From Gemmatimonadota bacterium (GTDB taxonomy: Bacteria > Gemmatimonadota > Gemmatimonadetes > Gemmatimonadales > GWC2-71-9): DNA of 64,000 nucleotides. The stretch is from the NCBI GenBank assembly GCA_036679605.1, contig JAZDCZ010000091.1, positions 8,521-72,520 on the forward strand, in the 5' to 3' direction. The position numbers were made by a program, and so were the translations under genes. The notes under the pieces are model-generated. The model ran no database searches. It was not told where the DNA came from and was given only the letters and a program-made list of their open reading frames with translations. Shown here piece after piece: positions 56,535 through 64,000 of the stretch (position 1 is its first letter; every line of letters starts with the position of its first letter).

Positions 56535-59500
56535 ATGCCTCGTAACACCAGTATCAGGGTCGTCCTGCTCGGCGCTCTGGCCGCCGTAGTCGGACTCCTT
56601 CCCGCAGTTCGCGCCGATGCGCAAACCTATTCCTCCGAGTTGTACGACGCTCTGCAGTGGCGGAGCATCGGACCAGCGCGAGGCGGGCGTTCGACCGCCG
56701 TCGCTGGAAGCGCAGCGAGACAGTTGGAATATTATTTCGGAGCAGCCGGTGGCGGCCTGTGGAAAACCACCGACGGGGGTACGACTTGGCGGCCCGTGAC
56801 CGACGGACAAATCAACACTAGCTCGGTAGGTGCCGTGCAAGTCTGCGAGACAAATCCGGACGTAGTCTACATAGGGACGGGCGAGACGGAGCTTCGTGGC
56901 AACGTCCAGCAGGGCGACGGTGTCTACAAGTCGACAGACGCGGGCAAGACCTGGACCCATATGGGCCTCGAAGAGACCCAGAATATTGGTAGGATTAGAA
57001 TTCATCCTACCGATTGCAACACGATCTGGGTGGCTGCGCTCGGCAAGCACTCGGCGGAAAACGAAGAGCGCGGTGTTTTCAAGTCGAGCAACGGCGGTGT
57101 TACATGGCGGAAGGTGCTCTACCGCGGCCCACGCTCCGGTGCCGCGGACCTCACAATTGACCCGACCAATCCGGCAATCATGTATGCCTCAATTTGGGAA
57201 TCGTGGCGCAAGTCATGGGGCATGTCGTCGGGCGGTCCCGGGAGCGGGCTTTTCAAGAGCACGGATTACGGTGAGAACTGGACCGAGATCACGCACAACA
57301 ACGGACTGCCTCAGGGCATGGTCGGCAAGATCGGCGTGGCAATGTCGCCTGCAGCACCCCATCGAGTCTGGGCACTGATCGAGGCCGAGGACGGCGGCGT
57401 TTTTCGTTCGGACGACGCCGGAATGACCTGGAAGCAAACCAACGACAATCGGAACCTACGGCAACGCGCCTTCTACTACACGCGGATCTATGCCGATCCT
57501 ATGGATGCCGACGTGGTCTACGGCTTGAATACCGCGCTCTACAGGTCTTCGGATGGTGGCAAGACGTTCCGCCAAAGAATTCGCGTACCGCATGGTGATA
57601 ATCACGATCTCTGGATAGCGCCTAACGATCCAAAACGCATGATTAACGGCAATGACGGTGGTGCCAACGTCTCGTTCAACGGCGGCGAGACCTGGACGGC
57701 CCAGGATTTCCCGACCGCACAATTTTACCGGGTCATGACGACCAATCATGAACCGTATATGATTTGTGGGGCGCAACAGGACAACAGCACCGCGTGCGTC
57801 CCGAGCAAGGGCTGGAACCACATATCGAACAACGCGGGTGGGCAGAACTTCTTGTTTTCGGTAGGCGGCTGTGAGAGCGGATATATCGCCAACAGCGCGG
57901 CCGATCCAAACATCTTTTTTGCCGGCTGCTATGGAGGCAGTCTGTCTCGCTATAACCACGCAAACGGCCAGACAAGGGCTGTGAACGTGTGGCCTGAGAA
58001 TCCCATGGGCCAGTCATCGCAGGACCTGAAAGAAAGGGTCCAGTGGACCTTCCCGATCGTATTCTCGAACCACGGACCCGGGGTACTCTACACGGGCACT
58101 CAGAAGCTATGGAAGACCACTAATGAAGGATCGAGTTGGGAACAGATAAGTCCCGACCTAACGCGAGCCGACCCTGCCACCATGGTAGCGTCGGGTGGCC
58201 CTCTCACCAAAGATCAGACGGGTGTTGAAACATACGCCACCATCTTCGCCGTTGCCCCGTCTTATCATGACGAGAACGTAATCTGGGTCGGTTCTGATGA
58301 CGGCTACGTGAATGTGACGCGGGACGGCGGGCAGAATTGGACCAACGTTACGCCGAAGGACGCGCCCGACTTCGTGCGAATCAACACGATCGAGGCTTCG
58401 CCCAACACGCCGGGCAAAGCATATGTATCGGGGATCCGTTATCTGGTGGACAACGATCGCAGTCCATATGTCTGGAGGACGGAAGATTACGGGCAGTCGT
58501 GGACCAAGATCGTGAGCGGAATTCCTGGTGATGACTTCGTGAGGGCAGTCCGGGAGGATCCCAAGGCCCCCGGCATTCTTTACGCAGCCTCCGAAAAGAC
58601 CGTGTATATCTCCTGGAACGACGGAGCCGACTGGCAGCCGCTGTCGCTCAACCTACCCATTGTCCAGGTATCCGATCTCGTCGTCGAGGAAAACGACCTC
58701 GTCATTGGTACACACGGTAGATCGTTCTGGGTCATGTCCAACATGGCACCGCTCAGGCAACTGAACGCGGAGATCGCAGAATCCAACATCCACATGTTTG
58801 ATCCGGTCGATCCGATCCGCGGTGTCGACCGCAGTGTGCAGGTGTTCTACTATCTGAAGGACGACGTGGACGAGATCAAGCTGGAGTTCATGGACGCCGA
58901 GGGGCAGGTAATCCAGACCTACGAGGCCTCCAAGGATGACAAGCCCGAGCGACCGCGGCAGCAGCAGTTCTTTGGATTTGGAGGGGGGTCGCGGAAGCCG
59001 TCGCTCAAGGCCGGCTCACGTTCTTTCACTTGGAACTTGCGGTATCCCGGATACACTGATTTCGACGGGCGTATCTTCTGGGCGGCCGGCAATACCGGGC
59101 CCGCCGCCGTACCCGGCAACTACAGCGTAAGGCTGACTGTCGGCGACGACATACAGACGCAGGACTTCGCCGTTAAGCTCGACCCGCGCCTCGAGTCCGT
59201 GACCATTGCTGACCTGCGCCAACGCTTCGATCTTGCCATAAGGATTAGAGACCGTGTCAGCGAGGCCAACGAGGCCGTAGTTCAAATTCGCGGTATCAAG
59301 GGTGACGTCGACGATCGACTGGAGAAGACCGACGACCGCCAGATCCATTCACAGGGCGCCGTAGTCAACGATAAGCTGAGCGCGGTGGAGCGGGAGGTTT
59401 ATCAGGTCAAGAACCAGAGTGGCCAGGATCCCCTAAACTATCCGATCAAACTCAACAATAAGCTTGCGGCTCTTATGGGTGTGGTCGAGCGCGGCGAGTC

Positions 59501-59669
59501 TAGCCCGACCAGCCAATCGTCTGAAGTGTTCGAGCAACTTTCTCAATTGTTGCAGATCGAGCTGATCAGAATGAATACGATTATTGAGCAGGACCTCCAG
59601 AGACTCAACGAGTTGCTGCGTCGCGCCAACCTGGAGCCGATCGAGACGGAGCGTCCAATCGGAGATTGA
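56535..59669 (+). CDS. BNR/VPS10 beta-propeller glycosyl hydrolase-like protein (paralogue)
   Basis: GPARGGR, Asp-box repeats; GGAGG RBS. Confidence 0.9.
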   Translation: MPRNTSIRVVLLGALAAVVGLLPAVRADAQTYSSELYDALQWRSIGPARGGRSTAVAGSAARQLEYYFGAAGGGLWKTTDGGTTWRPVTDGQINTSSVGAVQVCETNPDVVYIGTGETELRGNVQQGDGVYKSTDAGKTWTHMGLEETQNIGRIRIHPTDCNTIWVAALGKHSAENEERGVFKSSNGGVTWRKVLYRGPRSGAADLTIDPTNPAIMYASIWESWRKSWGMSSGGPGSGLFKSTDYGENWTEITHNNGLPQGMVGKIGVAMSPAAPHRVWALIEAEDGGVFRSDDAGMTWKQTNDNRNLRQRAFYYTRIYADPMDADVVYGLNTALYRSSDGGKTFRQRIRVPHGDNHDLWIAPNDPKRMINGNDGGANVSFNGGETWTAQDFPTAQFYRVMTTNHEPYMICGAQQDNSTACVPSKGWNHISNNAGGQNFLFSVGGCESGYIANSAADPNIFFAGCYGGSLSRYNHANGQTRAVNVWPENPMGQSSQDLKERVQWTFPIVFSNHGPGVLYTGTQKLWKTTNEGSSWEQISPDLTRADPATMVASGGPLTKDQTGVETYATIFAVAPSYHDENVIWVGSDDGYVNVTRDGGQNWTNVTPKDAPDFVRINTIEASPNTPGKAYVSGIRYLVDNDRSPYVWRTEDYGQSWTKIVSGIPGDDFVRAVREDPKAPGILYAASEKTVYISWNDGADWQPLSLNLPIVQVSDLVVEENDLVIGTHGRSFWVMSNMAPLRQLNAEIAESNIHMFDPVDPIRGVDRSVQVFYYLKDDVDEIKLEFMDAEGQVIQTYEASKDDKPERPRQQQFFGFGGGSRKPSLKAGSRSFTWNLRYPGYTDFDGRIFWAAGNTGPAAVPGNYSVRLTVGDDIQTQDFAVKLDPRLESVTIADLRQRFDLAIRIRDRVSEANEAVVQIRGIKGDVDDRLEKTDDRQIHSQGAVVNDKLSAVEREVYQVKNQSGQDPLNYPIKLNNKLAALMGVVERGESSPTSQSSEVFEQLSQLLQIELIRMNTIIEQDLQRLNELLRRANLEPIETERPIGD

Positions 59670-59701
59670 CTCGAAGTCGATCAAGGAAAGACACCGGGTA
59701 C

Positions 59702-59731
59702 GAGGGCGGGCGATGGCATGAGCCCGCCCTC
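59702..59731 (+). terminator. GC-rich hairpin
   Basis: GAGGGCGGGC-N10-GCCCGCCCTC. Confidence 0.45.
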
Positions 59732-59805
59732 CACTATAGCTTTAGCACCCGATTACGACTAAAGAGTCACTCTAACCCTAGATGAGGATCACGGGAGACA
59801 GCGTA

Positions 59806-60054
59806 ATGACCGAACCAATTTCCGTCGAGAGGTTCATGGAGGAACTGGAGAAACTCGGTAACGAGATGACCAGCGGCAACCTCAAGCACGGAGAATATGA
59901 CCAAAGACTAGCGCGTATCGTGCACGAACTTCGCGAACGCGGTATAGACGCTGAGCGGACTCAGATCACTAGCGCGCTTGAGGACGCTCTTGAGCGCAAG
60001 ATCATCACCGTCGCCGTCAGGAACCATATCCTAAACCGGCTCGGCCTCGTCTAG
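59806..60054 (+). CDS. Hypothetical protein
   Basis: GGGAG RBS; helical 82-aa ORF. Confidence 0.6.
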   Translation: MTEPISVERFMEELEKLGNEMTSGNLKHGEYDQRLARIVHELRERGIDAERTQITSALEDALERKIITVAVRNHILNRLGLV

Positions 60055-60112
60055 GGTTACTGCCCCCGCCCAAACTCGTCTGCCAGAATAGGCTTGCCAG
60101 GATAATGCGCGC

Positions 60113-62833
60113 ATGAAAAGAAGACCACTCATAGCTATTGCCTTCGCTGTCATTTTTGTGCTGGGGGTGCTGGGTCTACCTGCGTTCGTCAACCTCAGTA
60201 CCGACTGGTACTGGTTCAAAGCGCTTGGTTTCGAGAGTGTTTTTCTTACCTCCTTGATCACACGCCTGGTGTTGAGTGGAGTAATAGGAATCGCTGCGGG
60301 TGTCTTCTTCTACGTCAATTTGCGGGTGGCGCAGAGGGGAATGGTACCAAACCCCGTCGTCCTCCAACTGGCACCAAATCTCCCAAAGATCGACTTCACT
60401 CATCTCTTGCGTCGCCTTGTCTGGCCAACGTCAATTGTCTTAGGTCTTCTTGTTGGCACCTCGGTGTCAGCAGCATGGCTCGTGGTACTGCGGTTTCTGA
60501 ATGCGACTCAGTTTGGGACAACCGACCCGGTATTTGGACGCGATATCGGATACTATTTCTTCACGCTCCCAGCGCTAACCACGGGCATCGGTCTGGTCAT
60601 GGGGCTTACGGTAATTGCGCTCTTTCTCACGATACCGATTTACCTTCTGCGTGGAGATATTGTCGTGTTCGGTCGGCGCGTGACAGTCGAGCCAGCGGCT
60701 GAGACTCACATCGCGCTGCTAATTGCCGCACTGTTGATTACGTCGGCCGCAAACATATTCTTTGTTAAGCTACCGTCATTACTTTATTCCAACACCAGCA
60801 CTCTCGTTGGCGCCAACTACACCGACCTCACCGTTCGCGTGCCTATTATGCACACAGCATGGGTAGTAGCGCTGCTGGGTGCCGTGTATGTCCTCTGGGG
60901 TGCCCGGAGGAAAAAGCTGGTATCCAGCGCAGCGGTGACCGCAATTGCGTACTTCGCGGTGTCCGGCATAATGGGCACGCTCGCTCCGGCAGCCGTTCAG
61001 AAGTTTCTGGTGGCGCCGAATGAACTGGTCCGAGAGAATCCGCAGCTAATAAATCACATCGCAGCCACACGCCGGGCCTGGGGACTAGACGAGGTCGTCG
61101 TCAAGGACTTGACCGGTGCTGCCAGCCTCAGTCTCAGTGATATTCAGCAAAACTCGGGCACCATCAAAAATGTCCGCCTTTGGGATCGAGAGCCACTGCT
61201 ACAAACCTTTGGGCAGTTGCAGGAGATAAGACCGTATTACGATCTCGTTTCGGTGGACGATGACCGATATTGGATCGACGGCGAGTACCGACAAGTCCTT
61301 CTGTCCCCTCGTGAGATGAATACCGCGGCACTACCGACTCCCAATTTCATCAACCGCAGGCTCACCTACACCCACGGGATGGGACTCGCCCTCAGTCCTG
61401 TTAATATGGTGTCTCCCCAAGGGCTCCCTGTGCTCTTTATCAAGGACTTGCCGCCGACCTCCAGCGTTTCGCTGCAGGTGACCCGTCCGGAGATCTACTA
61501 TGGGGAGCTGTCGGACGATTACGCATTCGTAGAAACCGGACAACCGGAATTCGACTATCCGCTCGCGGATTCGAGTGCCTACACGAGTTACGTCGGAGCG
61601 GGCGGAGTAGACGTGAGTTCATTTCTCCGCAGGCTGCTGCTAAGTATGCGGTTCGGGTCGAAAGACATTCTCTTTACGTCATACATCACCGATCAGAGCA
61701 AGATCCTGTATCACCGCGAAATTCGCGGGCGGGCGCAAAAAGCTTTGCCGTTCCTGGATTGGGACGGAGATCCCTATATGGTGATAACTGAAGAAGGCCG
61801 AATGAAATGGATTCTGGACGGATATACCCAAAGCCGACGTTATCCGTATTCCAGACCAATCGCTGACGGCACTAATTACATGAGGAACAGCGTCAAAGTA
61901 GTTATCGACGCCTACGACGGTAACATCGCAGCATATGTTGCCGATTCTCGCGATCCGCTAATCCAAACATACGCCAAGATTTTTGCTAATATCCTCCTGC
62001 CGCTCGATTCAATGCCCTCCGACCTGCGCGCGCACATGAGATACCCGGAAGATCTTTTCAGGGCACAGACTGCCCTGTACACAGTGTATCACATGGACGA
62101 TGCGGAGACGTTCTATTCGCGAGAAGACGAATGGCAAATCCCGGTCGTTGCTCGCGGAGAGCGCAGTGGTGATCCATTTCTACGCCACATCGTCATGAAG
62201 TTGCCTGGCGAATCTCAGGAAGAATTCATCGTCATGACACCGTTCACCCCGCGCCAGAAGGACAACCTTGCCGCATGGATGGTGGCTCGCAACGACGGTG
62301 ACCATTATGGCGAATTGGTCATCTACAAGTTCGGGCGCCAGAGTCTGGTTTTCGGACCGACGCAGGTAGCCAACCGTATCAACCAGAATACCGACATATC
62401 GCAGCAATTGTCTCTATGGGATCAACGAGGGTCAGAGGTGATTCGGGGCAACCTCCTTGTCATTCCGATCAACGAATCGCTCATCTTCGTACAGGCCATC
62501 TATCTGCGCTCTGAAGGCGGACGAATCCCCGAACTGAAACGAGTCGTAGTCGCATATCAAAATGAAGTTGTGATGGAGGAGACTCTCGAGAGAGGACTAG
62601 CGCGGCTGTTCAGCGACGACCCGACGTTAACGCCGGTGCTTGCAACGCAGGAAAGTCAGACGACGCCGTCAACTACTCGAGTAGGTGTTAGCACTGAGGA
62701 GTTGATCAGGCAAGCAACGTCTCATTACGACCGTGCTGTAGCGGCGCAGCAGTCTGGAGACTGGGCTACCTACGGTGCGGAAATGCGGCTAGTCGGGGAA
62801 TTGCTTCGCCGGCTAGGCGGCGGGAATCGATAA
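60113..62833 (+). CDS. UPF0182 family membrane protein
   Basis: DWYWF, NVRLWD, YTHGMG, NYMRNSVKVVIDAYDG, IPELKRV. Confidence 0.95.
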   Translation: MKRRPLIAIAFAVIFVLGVLGLPAFVNLSTDWYWFKALGFESVFLTSLITRLVLSGVIGIAAGVFFYVNLRVAQRGMVPNPVVLQLAPNLPKIDFTHLLRRLVWPTSIVLGLLVGTSVSAAWLVVLRFLNATQFGTTDPVFGRDIGYYFFTLPALTTGIGLVMGLTVIALFLTIPIYLLRGDIVVFGRRVTVEPAAETHIALLIAALLITSAANIFFVKLPSLLYSNTSTLVGANYTDLTVRVPIMHTAWVVALLGAVYVLWGARRKKLVSSAAVTAIAYFAVSGIMGTLAPAAVQKFLVAPNELVRENPQLINHIAATRRAWGLDEVVVKDLTGAASLSLSDIQQNSGTIKNVRLWDREPLLQTFGQLQEIRPYYDLVSVDDDRYWIDGEYRQVLLSPREMNTAALPTPNFINRRLTYTHGMGLALSPVNMVSPQGLPVLFIKDLPPTSSVSLQVTRPEIYYGELSDDYAFVETGQPEFDYPLADSSAYTSYVGAGGVDVSSFLRRLLLSMRFGSKDILFTSYITDQSKILYHREIRGRAQKALPFLDWDGDPYMVITEEGRMKWILDGYTQSRRYPYSRPIADGTNYMRNSVKVVIDAYDGNIAAYVADSRDPLIQTYAKIFANILLPLDSMPSDLRAHMRYPEDLFRAQTALYTVYHMDDAETFYSREDEWQIPVVARGERSGDPFLRHIVMKLPGESQEEFIVMTPFTPRQKDNLAAWMVARNDGDHYGELVIYKFGRQSLVFGPTQVANRINQNTDISQQLSLWDQRGSEVIRGNLLVIPINESLIFVQAIYLRSEGGRIPELKRVVVAYQNEVVMEETLERGLARLFSDDPTLTPVLATQESQTTPSTTRVGVSTEELIRQATSHYDRAVAAQQSGDWATYGAEMRLVGELLRRLGGGNR

Positions 62834-62855
62834 CTTCGAGCATTACACGGTCGCT

Positions 62856-63614
62856 CTAAATGTATTGCTGCAAGAACGTCATTGCGACCAGCGTCACACT
62901 CACGATAATTCCAACCATCGGCCTTCGCGCGCCACTGAACGCCTCTGGCAGTAGGTCAAGAAACACCATAAGAACCATGGCTCCGGCCGCGAAGCCGATA
63001 CTATATGACAGGAGCGGCTGGAAAGCGGAGACGAATAGAAAAGCGGGAACAGCCATCAGAGGCTGCGGCAACGAGGAAAAAATACTCCAGCCCACGCACG
63101 CTGCCACACTAGACCCTTGAGGACGTAACACCGCGCTTATTGCCAGGCCTTCGGGAATGTTGTGCACGGCAATTGCCACGGTGATCAAGACCGCAAGGCT
63201 CAATCCCCCGGCGAACGAAGCCCCAACTGCAATACCTTCTGAGAACGAGTGCATGGTCATGACGACAAGCATCAACAGGGTGCGACGCAAACCACCTCCG
63301 CCGGCAGACCCGAGGCTGACATCATGTTTCTTGATTGCTTGGTGCGTCAGGAGAATGAAAAGTACCCCAACATTCGCCCCGACAATCGTCTGCCAGCTTC
63401 CATGCGCAGTGCCTTGCAGCATGAGACCGAAACTGGCGCCCAACATGAGGCCGGACGCTACTGCATACGATATCGCGACTCCCAAACGCGACACAGAACG
63501 CACGAATGCAAATGGAATAGCGCCTAAGCCGGTCGCCAGCGCAGTGATAAGTCCGTAAACAAAAACCAGCACGACCGGTGGCAAGCGAGCAGCGAATTCC
63601 ACCCAGTCTTTCAT
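62856..63614 (-). CDS. ZIP-family metal transporter
   Basis: HSFSEG and HNIPEG motifs. Confidence 0.9.
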   Translation of the reverse strand: MKDWVEFAARLPPVVLVFVYGLITALATGLGAIPFAFVRSVSRLGVAISYAVASGLMLGASFGLMLQGTAHGSWQTIVGANVGVLFILLTHQAIKKHDVSLGSAGGGGLRRTLLMLVVMTMHSFSEGIAVGASFAGGLSLAVLITVAIAVHNIPEGLAISAVLRPQGSSVAACVGWSIFSSLPQPLMAVPAFLFVSAFQPLLSYSIGFAAGAMVLMVFLDLLPEAFSGARRPMVGIIVSVTLVAMTFLQQYI

Positions 63615-64000
63615 CTGACAAAAGAACTATTGAGAAGAACTACGAGACCCATTGATACGCTGGTAACCAGCGCAATGCTCATCTGCCCGGCCTCACGATA
63701 TGAGTCCGGCAGCAGCTCCACCATCACTAGATACAGCAGTGCGCCTGCCGCAAAACCCAGTGACCAGGGAAGAAGGAAAGGGAATAACACCGTGGCCGCA
63801 AACGTAACCACAGCCATAATCACCTGACCCAGGTTAGTCACGATCGCGAGGCCGGCAGTCTCACCAAGTCGGTATTTGCGCCTGCGAAGTACGGAACACA
63901 ATACGGCTCCCTCGGGAACATTGTGCGCAGCTAGGGCGACCACCGTAAAGATCCCGAGCCCCAGACTAACTGCCATCGCGGCCCCTATTGCCACTCCCTC
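63611..64000 (-). CDS. ZIP-family metal transporter (partial, 5' end outside window)
   Basis: HNVPEG, FAAGALLYL.MVELLP. Confidence 0.85.
   Translation of the reverse strand, partial: EGVAIGAAMAVSLGLGIFTVVALAAHNVPEGAVLCSVLRRRKYRLGETAGLAIVTNLGQVIMAVVTFAATVLFPFLLPWSLGFAAGALLYLVMVELLPDSYREAGQMSIALVTSVSMGLVVLLNSSFVR

Overview
GC-rich bacterial chromosomal window. The gene content is Gemmatimonadota-like (inference only). It has four parts. (1) 1-16461 is the right end of an island that ends in a 3' fragment of tRNA-Sec. It holds a strikingly regular array of seven units. Each unit is [conserved ~55-bp non-coding site + linker + start-less Rhs core stub TQEDPIG...DPFGL] -> variable toxin C-terminus -> cognate immunity gene -> (convergent XRE remnant) -> type II toxin-antitoxin pair. 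The seven TA modules are all different. The array has also been invaded by a small element with triple-CGCGGAT inverted ends, which occurs both with a GxxExxY gene and as gene-less copies. (2) 16.5-27.3 kb is mostly core genes: lpxH, a minimal microcompartment locus, lptE, an antiporter, rph, rdgB and a pilin. (3) 27.4-40.3 kb is tRNA-Pro carrying a ~6.9-kb integrated satellite-like element (tyrosine integrase, AAA helicase, iterons, arm sites, 46-bp att duplication), followed by a second segment bounded by att remnants. (4) 40-64 kb is ordinary metabolic and envelope genes plus tRNA-Arg. All product calls come from reading motifs by eye; no database searches were run.
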